Below, piece by piece: positions 9,826-19,998 of a stretch of DNA of 64,000 nt (positions within the stretch are counted from its first letter, which is position 1; each line of letters starts with the position of its first letter). The notes beneath the pieces were generated by a model. That model worked only from the letters and a program-made list of their open reading frames with translations. It ran no database searches and was not told where the DNA came from. The position numbers and the translations under genes are program-made. Source of the stretch: Dehalococcoidia bacterium (GTDB taxonomy: Bacteria; Chloroflexota; Dehalococcoidia; UBA6926); NCBI GenBank assembly GCA_963666115.2, contig CAXXET010000003.1, forward strand, positions 32,497 through 96,496, given 5' to 3'.

Positions 9826-12800
9826 GCATTCACGTCCGTCCGCGTATCCCCTGCCGCAAGCGCGTCCATATACGCCAGGACCATGTCGCGCGTGCGGTAG
9901 CGCCCGAACTCCTTGCGGTCGTTTCGCTCCACGATGGGGAACGTGCTGAGAATGTAATCGGCGTTGTCCTTCGAGATGCCGTAGAGGTGGAAGTAGAGCG
10001 CGTCGAGGCGCGCCCGCAGGTGGCGGCGCTCCTCCTCGTCCCACGTGAACGGCGCCCCGTCGTAGCCCAGGTCCTTGGCAAACGGCGCCATGTCATGCGC
10101 GGTATACGTCAGCCGCAGCACGTGGTCCCGAACGAGGTCGCGGGCGGTCATATCGCCAAACTGCCGGTCATAGCCATCAGGAGCAATGACGGGCAATTGC
10201 TCAAGGATGTATAGATTCAGCGTCTGCCCCTGCAATTTCTGTCTTGTCACAAAGTCAAAGCCGACTGCGTTTAGGTTGGCCGCAAGCAGCCACTCCTCCC
10301 TATCGTGCACCTCTGGCCGTAGAATCGGCACTTTATTGCCAAATCCGACGGTCGGAAAGAGGGCCGCGATAAATGTACGGATATTCGTTGGGGCGGTTAT
10401 TTCCTTGAACCCCATCACCCATTCGACGTCTGAACCCCAATCGCACTCAGATGCTGGCACCCAAAACTGAGGCGCAGGCAACCAATCAGGGTTGACGTGT
10501 TCATCGAGAGTTGCGTCACGCGGTTGGGCAGGGCGATTCAGGTTCTCAGGGTTCACGACCACGCTCGCCGCGCGGTGGTCATAAGCCTGCACCATCTTGC
10601 CCTCATACAGTGGCAGGTAAACCTCCTCGCCTCTCTGCCACCGGTTGCCGTTCACAGGGTAGAAACCCTCGGCCTGCAACTGAGTCGCTGTCCTGAAGAG
10701 ACGGGAGTCGTTGGTCATGTCAAACATCCGCACGTAGCGCACGGGCCATGCCTTTCGCTCCTCGCCGCCTGAGCGATCAACAAGAACCGGATGCCGCTCA
10801 TAGATGCCCCGCGTGATCTCGGCATCGCGTCTGGTGCGAAATATGGGCGCGGTGCCCGTATTCGGATTTACCCGTGCGAAATCAGCAGGCGCAAGCGGGA
10901 ACGAGCCGTCAGGGTCATCAATGGTCTCCGTGTGGTGCAGAAAGAACGCTGCCCGAGCCTCAGGGAATGTCCGGCTCTCGCCGCCGAATACCAGGGCGCA
11001 GAACTTGAATGAGGCGTGAACATCCTTGAAGAAGATCTTCCTGTTCTCAAAATCGTACAGCCCGCCAAGCCGTCCGCTCGTGGCAATCCGCTTGAAGAAA
11101 TCGGCGGCATTCTTATCCCCGTAGATGCCTGAGGGAGTCAGCAGGCCGACAATGCCGTCCGGCTTCACAAGGCTCATCGCACGCTCCACGAAGAGCGAAT
11201 ACAGGTTGATATCGCCCTGCCCCAGCAGCGGATAGTGGCCCGAACTGCGAACGACCGCGCTGAGAATATCTGCGCGCTCCTTTGCGGCATCGAATTCGTC
11301 CGCAAGCGGGGATTCCTGTTCCCGCAGCCGCTCGATGGCGGCTTTCCGCGCCGCCGCGGTCGGCGCGCGCGCCGCCTCCGGCATCCGCGTCGCGAACCAT
11401 TCGACCTCCTGGAGCTTGATGCGCTCCCACGGCGGGTTGCCGATCACCGCGTCGAAGCCGCCCTGTAAATCCGGCTCATGCCAATTTCTCCAAACGGTGG
11501 GAAAGGCCGTCTCCCAGTGAATGAATCCCTCGTCGGCTGCAACCGCCCGCGATTCATGCCACATGGCCTTGATGTCTTCGGGGGCAGGGTCGCTGTCCTG
11601 AGGCGGCTTCGTCAGAAACTCATATTCGCCCTTGCGGGCCGTTCTCAACGCCTCGGACAACTGCTCCCCGTAGTGAGCGCGTTCACCCCTGGTCAGGCGC
11701 GTGTTCTTCCAGTCTGCGCCTGAGAAGTAATCGAGCATTCCGCGAAGGTCTGCCGTCGCGGCTTCGGAGCGGCTGAACCACCCCGCTGATTCATAAACAC
11801 CCCCAATATCAAGGTCCTCGGCTGTCTCAACATCGCGCGTGGCGCTGGAGGACTCGCGCTCTGCCCTCCCGACTGCATCCCGCGCATTCACTTGTCCTTT
11901 ATCGCCCACGCGCGCCATCCCTTCGCTCACGCGCAACCCCAGCAGGGAGTCGCCGCGACGCAGATGATGGTCCAGGAAGGACAGCGGTACGCCCACCGTG
12001 AAGCTGTGCAGCCACAACGACACCTTGGCAAGTTCCACCGCCAGGGGATTCTTGTCCACCCCGTAGATGCAACTCTTGAGCACCAGTCGGCGGATGAGCG
12101 CCTGGTCGGTCAACTGCGATTCGTCAAGCGCCCAATTCGACTCGCGCGCTCCCCTGAGGATCCGTTCGCGCATGTCGTCGATGCGCGCGACGAGCGGCGA
12201 GACATACGCCGCTTCCGGCCAATCCGGCACGGCCGGCGCGTACTCGACCAGGTCGGCGATATAATCAGTCAGGTAGTCGGCGGCTGAGACGAGAAAATGC
12301 CCGCTGCCCATCGCAGGGTCCAGCACTCTGAGTTGCAGTGCCGCCTCCGCAGGATCGATCTTTCTGAGCTCTTCATCCCGCGAAATGATGCCGTTGCTCT
12401 CCTTCGCCAACCGCTTTGCCTCGGTCTCAAATGTGTCCAGTCGTTCCTCGATCAGCGGCCCAAGGGTGCGATCGACAACAAGATCAACGAGTTCCTGCGG
12501 TGTGTAGTAGCTGCCGGAGTCCTTGCGGGCATAGGGATTCGGACGAATGGTAACGACGCCGTCGGCGTCTCGCTTCGGTTCTCGTTCCAGCAAGCGCTCG
12601 TAAATCGACCCAAGTTGCTGAACGGACAGGTCGCGGTAATTCACGAACTGCGGCGCGCCGCCGGAATCTGTCGTGTGAGAGAGGCGATAGACGATTTCGG
12701 CCACAACGCTGTCCGGAAGCTGCAAAGATTGCAGGAGGCGGGCCCCACGATTCTCCTGGGGGTAAAACAGGCCGCCGTTGTACGCGGGCAAGCCGATGGA

Positions 12801-13991
12801 TTCATCCCCCTTGTCAATCTGGCCAAAGAGCCTCGCCAAAGCGCTGTAGTACGTGTCGGCCTGCCCGGAAAACGCCGCTCCTTCCCGTTTCTTTACGGCG
12901 ACGTCGTCACGTACAACCCTGCGTAAGCTGTAATTCCCATAGCGATCGTCGTTGACGGGCAATAGGCCGCGGTCCTCCGCATACAGTACGAAGAGCAGGC
13001 GATACAGGAGAACGAGGGCGCTATCGCGGATGTCAGTGAGGTCGGCGTCCGGCGCCTGCTCGGCAAGCGCGCTGACGAGCCGCGGAAATGCGTCGTCGAA
13101 TACGACCCTGGACAAATCCTCGGCAACGCGCTGCTCGTACCGCCTGCCCTCCTCGATGGCCGCGACAAGGAAGCTTGTGGTCGCGCCCCGCTGCGGCGAA
13201 AATGATTCCCGCCGAAAAAACAGGTGAAAGAGACGAACCACGTCGCGCGCAGCGGAATCGTCGGTGTCATCGCCAAACAGGGAAGTCTGGATTCTCCCGT
13301 CGCCGTTCGGCTCCTGGAAGGCCTCCCGGAGATTGACCTCAAAATACGCGGTGGCGCGGGGACGTGTCTCGTAATCGTAAAGTCGCCACACACCGCCGTC
13401 CGTCAGCATCCCCCACCGTATGCCGCCCTCCGGCAGCCTATCGTCAGCTTGCCTGAGGTAATGAAGAATCTGGCCGTGAGGAGTGCGGCGAAGTACGCGC
13501 CGGGTCGTTCGCCTGCTGCCGTCCGGTCCGTTGACTGACGCGTCCCCGTCGAAGAGCGGCATGACCCGTCCGTTGGGGTCGTCCCGTTCCTCCACGTCCT
13601 CTGACTCTGATGCCCGTGCGTCCAGGTTTGTGCCCGCCCGCTTGCTTTCCTCTACCACGACGGCATCCCGGAAACGGTCATCGGCGTTGCCCCGCCCGGC
13701 CGCCGCCGCGCGGGTTTCCTCGTTGTCATACAGCAGCAAGTCCGGGTAATCGCGCCCCCCGGCCATACTCTGTTGGGGAAGACTGTGCTCCCATCCCAAC
13801 AGCCGCAGAATGGGGATGATCAACTCCTGCTCGGTTGTGGCCTCATTAGGCTCAAAATGCGACTGGAACCTGCGGAAGAGTCCTCTCAGTTCTTTCTCAA
13901 AGTCAGCGAGGCCGGCCTCAGATTCTCGCCATTCCGACGTTCCCCTGATGCCTTCGCGCAGGAAGTAATCGGTAAATAACTGACCGCTCAT
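9822..13991 (-). CDS. Type IIG (Eco57I-like) restriction-modification enzyme, N6-adenine MTase fused to a nuclease
   Basis: N-terminal YPDLLL...EESK nuclease-like motif, GSYYTP, LDPAMGSGHF (motif I), IGNPPW (motif IV); about 1390 aa. Confidence 0.85.
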   Translation of the reverse strand: MSGQLFTDYFLREGIRGTSEWRESEAGLADFEKELRGLFRRFQSHFEPNEATTEQELIIPILRLLGWEHSLPQQSMAGGRDYPDLLLYDNEETRAAAAGRGNADDRFRDAVVVEESKRAGTNLDARASESEDVEERDDPNGRVMPLFDGDASVNGPDGSRRTTRRVLRRTPHGQILHYLRQADDRLPEGGIRWGMLTDGGVWRLYDYETRPRATAYFEVNLREAFQEPNGDGRIQTSLFGDDTDDSAARDVVRLFHLFFRRESFSPQRGATTSFLVAAIEEGRRYEQRVAEDLSRVVFDDAFPRLVSALAEQAPDADLTDIRDSALVLLYRLLFVLYAEDRGLLPVNDDRYGNYSLRRVVRDDVAVKKREGAAFSGQADTYYSALARLFGQIDKGDESIGLPAYNGGLFYPQENRGARLLQSLQLPDSVVAEIVYRLSHTTDSGGAPQFVNYRDLSVQQLGSIYERLLEREPKRDADGVVTIRPNPYARKDSGSYYTPQELVDLVVDRTLGPLIEERLDTFETEAKRLAKESNGIISRDEELRKIDPAEAALQLRVLDPAMGSGHFLVSAADYLTDYIADLVEYAPAVPDWPEAAYVSPLVARIDDMRERILRGARESNWALDESQLTDQALIRRLVLKSCIYGVDKNPLAVELAKVSLWLHSFTVGVPLSFLDHHLRRGDSLLGLRVSEGMARVGDKGQVNARDAVGRAERESSSATRDVETAEDLDIGGVYESAGWFSRSEAATADLRGMLDYFSGADWKNTRLTRGERAHYGEQLSEALRTARKGEYEFLTKPPQDSDPAPEDIKAMWHESRAVAADEGFIHWETAFPTVWRNWHEPDLQGGFDAVIGNPPWERIKLQEVEWFATRMPEAARAPTAAARKAAIERLREQESPLADEFDAAKERADILSAVVRSSGHYPLLGQGDINLYSLFVERAMSLVKPDGIVGLLTPSGIYGDKNAADFFKRIATSGRLGGLYDFENRKIFFKDVHASFKFCALVFGGESRTFPEARAAFFLHHTETIDDPDGSFPLAPADFARVNPNTGTAPIFRTRRDAEITRGIYERHPVLVDRSGGEERKAWPVRYVRMFDMTNDSRLFRTATQLQAEGFYPVNGNRWQRGEEVYLPLYEGKMVQAYDHRAASVVVNPENLNRPAQPRDATLDEHVNPDWLPAPQFWVPASECDWGSDVEWVMGFKEITAPTNIRTFIAALFPTVGFGNKVPILRPEVHDREEWLLAANLNAVGFDFVTRQKLQGQTLNLYILEQLPVIAPDGYDRQFGDMTARDLVRDHVLRLTYTAHDMAPFAKDLGYDGAPFTWDEEERRHLRARLDALYFHLYGISKDNADYILSTFPIVERNDRKEFGRYRTRDMVLAYMDALAAGDTRTDVNA

Positions 13992-14035
13992 GGTCACTAG
14001 TGTGGCGCGCCCATGCCCCCCTGTCTATCGCCGCC

Positions 14036-16754
14036 TTAGCCCCGCGCCTCATTCAAAAGCCGCCGCAAAACCGTGTGCAGTATCCCCCCGTTCCGGTAAT
14101 AGTCCGCCTCCACCTGCGTGTCGATCCGCACCGTCGCTGCGAACGTCGTCTCTGACCCGTCCTCGCGACGCACCGTAACGTCGATATCCTGCCCCGGCTC
14201 GATACCGTCATCAAGGCTGCCGATCGTCACCGTCTCCCGGCCCGTGATTCCGTGTGCCGCCGCGTTCTCACCCTCGTGGAACTGGAGCGGCAGCACGCCC
14301 ATCCCCACTAGGTTGGAGCGGTGAATCCGCTCGAACGACTCCGCAATCGCCGCCCTCACGCCGAGTAGGTACGGTCCCTTCGCCGCCCAGTCGCGGCTTG
14401 AGCCGGAACCGTACTCCTTGCCGCCGAAGATGACCGTCGGCACGCCCTCCTGCTGGTAGCGCATAGCAGCATCGTAGATCGGCATCTGCTCGCCCTCGGG
14501 CAGCTTCAGCGTGAACCCGCCCTCCACGTCGTCCAGCATCTGGTTCTTGATGCGGATATTCGCGAACGTGCCGCGCATCAAAATCTCGTGGTTGCCGCGC
14601 CGTGACCCATATGAATTGAAATCCGCCTGCAGCACGTCGCGCCCCTGCAAAAACTGCCCCGCCGGGCTCCGCGCCGCGATGTTTCCCGCCGGCGAAATAT
14701 GGTCAGTCGTCACGGAATCACCGAGCACTGCCAGCACCCGCGCATCTTGAATCACAGGCAGCGCGGGAGGATCAAGCGGGAAATCCTTGAAGAACGGCGG
14801 CTCTTGCAAATACGTTGAGTCCAGTTCCCACTCATACAGCTCGCCGGCGGGCGCCTCAAGCTCCTTCCACTGCTCATCCCCGTCGAAGATCGCCCCGTAC
14901 TGCTGCTCGAACATCTCCGGGTTGACGTTGTTGGAGATCGCCTGCTGAATATCCCGCTGCGACGGCCAGATGTCACGCAGGAACACGCCGCGCCCGTTCG
15001 GGTCCGTCCCCAGCGGCTCCGACGTGAAATCGATGTCCATCCGACCCGCCAGCGCGTACGCCACGACCAGCATCGGCGACGCCAGGTAATTCGCCTTGAC
15101 GTGCGGATTCACCCTGCCCTCGAAGTTCCGGTTGCCGGACAGCACAGCCGCCGCCACCAAATCGCTGTCCTCAATCGCGTTCGCAATATCCTCCGGCAAC
15201 GGCCCCGAGTTCCCGATGCACGTCGTGCATCCAAACCCAACGGCGTGGAATCGCTGCGCCTCCATGAACGGCACAAGCCCCGCCGCCTCAAGATAGTCCG
15301 TCACAACCTTCGACCCCGGCGCCATCGACGTCTTCACCCACGGCTTGGTCGTAATCCCCGCCGTGGACCGCGTTCTTCGCCAGGATCCCCGCCCCGATCA
15401 TCACCGAGGGGTTGGACGTATTCGTGCAGGACGTGATCGCCGCGATGACCACCGAGCCGTGCTGAAGCTGAAACGCCTCTACGCCGTGCCCGACAACCGC
15501 AGTCTTCTCGGCCTCCTCCCCGCTCAACCCGAAACCGCGTTCTGCCGGCGGCAGCGTCAGGTGCTCCTGGAAACTCGACTTCACACTGCCAAGCTCCACC
15601 CTGTCCTGCGGGCGCTTCGGCCCCGCCAACGACGGCACCACTGTCCCCAAATCAAGCTCCAGCGTGTCGGAATAAACCGGACCCGGCGTATCGTCCGTCC
15701 TGAACAGCCCCTGCGCCTTGGCATACTTCTCTACAAGCTCAATCAGTTCCGGGCTCCTGCCCGAAAGCCGCAGGTACGCCAGCGTCTCGTCGTCAATCGG
15801 GAAATAGCCCATCGTCGCGCCGTACTCCGGCGACATATTCGCAATCGTCGCGCGGTCCGCCACCGGCAGCCCCGTCAGCCCTGACCCATAGAACTCAACG
15901 AAGTCCCCGACCACCCCGTGCGCCCGCAGCATCTCCGTCACCGTCAGCACCAGGTCCGTCGCCGTCGCCCCCTCCGGCAGGTGGCCGGACAGCTTGAATC
16001 CCACCACGCGCGGCGCAAGCATGTAATACGGCTGATCCAGCATCACGGCCTCCGCCTCGATGCCCCCCACGCCCCAGCCCAGCACGCCAAGCCCGTTGAT
16101 CATCGTCGTGTGCGAGTCCGTCCCCACCAACGAGTCCGGGAACGCCACGCGCTCCCCGTCCTCATCCTCCTTCGTCATCACAACGCTGCCCAGGTACTCG
16201 AGGTTCACCTGGTGGACGATGCCCGCCCCCGGCGGCACAACCCTAAAATTATCAATCGACCCCTGCGCCCACTTCAGCAGCTTGTACCGCTCCCCGTTCC
16301 GCTCATACTCTTTCTGGACGTTCCCGCTCAGCGCATACGCCGTCCCAAAGAAATCAACCTGCACCGAGTGGTCGATCACCAAATCGACCGGCACCACCGG
16401 ATTGATGACGGACGGGTCTGCCCCCGCCCGCGCCATCGCGCTCCGCAGCGCCGCCAGGTCGACAACCGCCGGCACGCCCGTGAAATCCTGAAGGATCACA
16501 CGCCCCAGCTTGAGCGGCACCGTGATCTCCCCCGGCTCCGCCTGCCACCCCGCAAGCGCGCGAACGTCCTCCTCCAAAACGTCATACCCGTTCACGTTCC
16601 GCAGCAGGCTCTCCAGCATCACCTTAATAGAGAACGGCAGCCGCGAAACCTCCCCGACCCCCTCCCGCTCCAGCGCATTAACATCGTAATACGCCACCGC
16701 CCCGGCCCCAGTCTCCAAAACCCGCCGCGCCCCAAAAACATCCTGCTTAGTCAT
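14036..16754 (-). pseudogene. acnA: Aconitate hydratase A split by a single extra base near 15365 (pseudogene or sequencing error)
   Basis: N-half has [22 protein letters not shown]; C-half has GFGCTTCIGNSG, LSGNRNFEGR, GSGSSRDWAAKG; removing one base at GTC-C-ACG restores ...[17 protein letters not shown]. Confidence 0.88.
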
Positions 16755-16824
16755 CGAAATTCATCCTGTCGTTACCCGCCCAAACCACCTTATCCACAGG
16801 GGCAAAGTGTAGCAGAATACCCGC

Positions 16825-17076
16825 GCCCCCCTTCCGTCATTCCGGCGAAAGCCGGAATCCATCGGGTTCCCCTCCCGTCATTCCCGCGCCCCCTCCGTCA
16901 TTCCGGCGAAAGCCGGAATCCATCGGGTTCCCCTCCCGTCATTCGCGCGCCCCCTCCGTCATTCTGGCGTAGGCCAGAATCCACCCCGTGGCCCGAAGGG
17001 CCACAACCCCCGTTCACCCTGAGCCTGTCGAAGGGTGGGCGCCCCTCATGTCATTCTGAGCGCAGCGAAGAATCCT
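16825..17076. repeat. Cluster of CGTC-type REP palindromes (GTCATTCCGGCGAAAGCCGGAATCC tandem, plus TCACCCTGAG and GTCATTCTGAGCGCAGCGAAGAATC types)
   Basis: Tandem near-identical units with hairpin CCGGC-GAAA-GCCGG. Confidence 0.85.
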
Positions 17077-17965
17077 CCGCCTGCCCCCCGGAAAGGAAAG
17101 CCCTAAGCACGGGAATAACACGCTCAGGCGCTTCTTCGGCGATGAAGTGCCCACAGTCTTCGAATTCGTGCGCGGTGAAATCGGAAAGCTCGGACTTCCA
17201 TCGCTCAAGCTCCTTCCGGCGAAATGCGATGTCCTTCATGCCCCACAGGATCAACGCCGGCTTGCCCGTAAACGCCGCCCGCTCGTCCCAAATCGACCGC
17301 ATCCACTCGGTCGCCCTGAGAATATGCCCCGGAAACGCCGCGCTTGCCGCCCGCGCTGAACTCGATGGTTGAGCGTTCCGATAGTGCGCCATCATCTCGG
17401 GCGTCATGGCCGCCTTGTTCCCAATCGCCATCGTCATCACCCGGTTCACGAAGAAGTTGAACCGCTTGATGAGAAACTGCCCCAGCGGGCTCCGCATCGT
17501 CGAGCTGAAGAAGATGTAGTACGGGTCGCGGGAGACGGGCCAGCACCACGTATTCGTAATGACGAGCTTGCCGACCCTTTCGGGTTGCCGCCGCGCGAAA
17601 TCAAGGCCAATCGGGCCGCCCCAATCGACCATGAACAGTGTCGCGTCTTTAATATCGAGGCTCTCAAGGAGCTGGGTTAGGCGCTCAGCGTGGGCGCCGG
17701 GGAAGTAATCCTCGCGTCGGTCGCTGCGTGACGAGAGGCCGAATCCGATGTGGTCAGCCGCAATGCACCGGTACTCAGATCGCAATCCATCGATAAGGTG
17801 GCGAAACTCAAACGACCACGTGGGGTTGCCATGCACAAACACGATAGCCGGGCCCTGCCCTTCATCGACATAGTGCATCTCGTGGCCATCGGAAGTCGTG
17901 AAGAATCGACTCGTAAATGGATAGAATTCGTCCGAAACCCAATCCGGTCGCCTGCTGTCCCCCAT
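17051..17965 (-). CDS. Alpha/beta hydrolase, haloalkane dehalogenase-like
   Basis: HGNPTWSF, DHIGFGLS, VDWGG nucleophile, WGMKD, CGHF. Confidence 0.82.
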   Translation of the reverse strand: MGDSRRPDWVSDEFYPFTSRFFTTSDGHEMHYVDEGQGPAIVFVHGNPTWSFEFRHLIDGLRSEYRCIAADHIGFGLSSRSDRREDYFPGAHAERLTQLLESLDIKDATLFMVDWGGPIGLDFARRQPERVGKLVITNTWCWPVSRDPYYIFFSSTMRSPLGQFLIKRFNFFVNRVMTMAIGNKAAMTPEMMAHYRNAQPSSSARAASAAFPGHILRATEWMRSIWDERAAFTGKPALILWGMKDIAFRRKELERWKSELSDFTAHEFEDCGHFIAEEAPERVIPVLRAFLSGGQAEDSSLRSE

Positions 17966-17989
17966 ACGCCCCCATCTCCCCTTAATACC

Positions 17990-19030
17990 CTAATACCCTC
18001 GCCCATGATCATACACATTCACCATCTCCCGCCCCCCCAAATACCGCCCCAGGTTCTCCAAAAACACCTCCACCACACGCTCATCCCGGTCCGACGACCC
18101 CGCCCCGGAGTGCCCGGTAATCAGCACGTTCTCCATATCCCACAGCGGGCTCGAATCCGCCAGCGGCTCAGTAGCAAACACGTCCAAATAAGCCCCCCCG
18201 ACTCGCCCCGACTCCAACGCCGCAATCAGCGCCCCCTCATCCACAAGGTCGCCGCGCGCCACGTTGATGAACCGCGCCCCCTCCTTCATCGCCGGAAATT
18301 CCGACGCGCCAATCATCCCCACCGTCTCCCGTGTCCGAGGAGCGCACAAAACGACGTAATCGCTAGCCGAAAGCGCCCCGGCCAGCCCATCCCGCCCAAC
18401 AATCTGCTCGAACGGCCCCCCGTCCGACCCACCTCCTGGCCGCGTCCGCCGCACGCCAATAACCCGCATCCCCATCGCCCGGCACCGTTCCGCGATCGCC
18501 GTCCCAATCTTCCCCGCCCCAACGATTGTGACGACCTTCCCCCCAACATCCTCGGGCGTATACCGATGCCACTCATGCCGACCCTGCCGCCGAACCGCCT
18601 GCGGAAACCCCTTAGCCAGCGCGATGATTGCCCCGATCACCGTCTCGCTCAAAGGCCGGGCATGAACCCCGGACGACGACGTAATCACCACCCCCGCATC
18701 CAAAAGCCCCGGCGCGCGTTCCACATAATCAATCCCCGCCGCCTGAGAATGAATCCACCGCAGCCTCGGCATAGACTCCGGCACATCAGGCGGCAGCCGC
18801 AGCGTCAAAAGAACCTCAGCCTCCCCAACCACCGGCAGCAACTCCTCAGGAAACGGCGGCCACAGTTGAGTTGGCGCAGCCAACGCCGAAACCTCCCCGT
18901 TCAACAGCCTCACACGCGGGTCCGCCCCGGCAATCCGCCCCAAAAGCCCATCCCCCAAAGCCCACCCCACCAAAACAGCGACCTCACCACTCAGGACTGC
19001 GGCCTCATCACCACGTTCAACATTTGCCAT
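17990..19030 (-). CDS. D-2-hydroxyacid dehydrogenase
   Basis: GAGKIG, FINVARGDLVDE, LDVFATEPL, LITGH. Confidence 0.9.
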   Translation of the reverse strand: MANVERGDEAAVLSGEVAVLVGWALGDGLLGRIAGADPRVRLLNGEVSALAAPTQLWPPFPEELLPVVGEAEVLLTLRLPPDVPESMPRLRWIHSQAAGIDYVERAPGLLDAGVVITSSSGVHARPLSETVIGAIIALAKGFPQAVRRQGRHEWHRYTPEDVGGKVVTIVGAGKIGTAIAERCRAMGMRVIGVRRTRPGGGSDGGPFEQIVGRDGLAGALSASDYVVLCAPRTRETVGMIGASEFPAMKEGARFINVARGDLVDEGALIAALESGRVGGAYLDVFATEPLADSSPLWDMENVLITGHSGAGSSDRDERVVEVFLENLGRYLGGREMVNVYDHGRGY

Positions 19031-19128
19031 ACGTCATCCTACCCCCGCTCACCCTGAGCCTGTCGAAGGGCGCCCCCACCCTCCACACCCGCAGTGGCAA
19101 CCACAAAAGATGACGCTAAACCGCCGCC

Positions 19129-19149
19129 GCGCTATCATAGTGCTAGCGC
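19129..19149 (+). promoter_or_regulatory. Putative RHH antitoxin operator
   Basis: GCGCTA-9-TAGCGC inverted repeat including GCTATCA, just upstream of the antitoxin RBS AAGGAG. Confidence 0.45.
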
Positions 19150-19164
19150 CACAAGGAGTTCGTC

Positions 19165-19446
19165 ATGGCATCTGTCCACATACGTCGGTTGAATGATGAG
19201 GTCGTTGCCCGTCTGAAGCGTCAGGCGGCGATAAATAATCGCTCGCTCGAGGGCGAGATGCGCCACATCCTTGAGCAGGCGGTCGGCGGCGCCGAAGATA
19301 GAGCCGAGAAAACTAGGCGCTTCCTTGAGTCGATTCGGAAGTTAGACGCCGAGATCGACTGGGACAGCCTCCCGCCCCAGACCCCGTCAGAAGTCCTCAT
19401 CAGAGAGGCGAGGGACGCCGGCTACGGACCGTCTAGATGCGTCTAG
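19165..19446 (+). CDS. FitA/Arc-like ribbon-helix-helix antitoxin
   Basis: MASVHIRRLNDEVVARLKRQAAINNRSLEGEMRHILE; overlaps the PIN gene. Confidence 0.88.
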   Translation: MASVHIRRLNDEVVARLKRQAAINNRSLEGEMRHILEQAVGGAEDRAEKTRRFLESIRKLDAEIDWDSLPPQTPSEVLIREARDAGYGPSRCV

Positions 19447-19862
19447 TAATCGACGCAAGCGTTTCCGTTAAGTGGTTAGTGCCGGAGGAGGACTCGGCCA
19501 TCGCCCGCAATCTACTGGGCGACGGGCACGAAATGCTCGCGCCAAGCTTCATGGCCCTTGAAGCAGGAAACACCCTGTTGCAGAAGGTGCGCCGGGGCGT
19601 ATTCGATCAGAGTCAGGCATTCAGGCGATCCCAGGAGATATTCTCTTTGCCTATTGAGTGGAAAGACACTGCGGCGTTGACTCCGGAGGCCATCCGTTTG
19701 GCATTGGAACTGAATCACCCCGTGTATGACTGTATCTACCTGGCTCTGGCGCGCCAAGCAGACGCGGTCGTCGTCACAGCAGACTCCCGGTTCGTCAACG
19801 TCACCACGAGGACACCCTATGAGGGAACCGTAATCCCACTAAATCGCCTCGCCACCACATAA
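19437..19862 (+). CDS. vapC: VapC family PIN-domain toxin
   Basis: LVIDASVSVKW, YDCIYLALA, VVTAD. Confidence 0.9.
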   Translation: MRLVIDASVSVKWLVPEEDSAIARNLLGDGHEMLAPSFMALEAGNTLLQKVRRGVFDQSQAFRRSQEIFSLPIEWKDTAALTPEAIRLALELNHPVYDCIYLALARQADAVVVTADSRFVNVTTRTPYEGTVIPLNRLATT

Positions 19863-19998
19863 AGCTCAGCCCCCCATCAACGTCAACCCCCGCCCCCATC
19901 CTACCCAATCCCTCCTCCCATTCCGAATCCCCGTCCACCTCCGAATCCCCCGCGCAGGCGGGGCCCCCACACCCCCCATCGCGCCCCCACCGTACGCC

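Noticed and set aside
15288-15400. Programmed frameshift in acnA
   Set aside because: No slippery sequence and no precedent I know of; error or mutation is more likely
16790-16798. Perfect DnaA box TTATCCACA suggesting oriC
   Set aside because: Single box with no cluster, no AT-rich unwinding element and no dnaA/dnaN nearby
15918-19057. Long + strand ORFs (484 aa and 435 aa) and similar antisense ORFs elsewhere (e.g. 36092-37792, 52485-54302)
   Set aside because: Shadow frames of real genes in high-GC DNA, Arg/Pro-rich with no motifs
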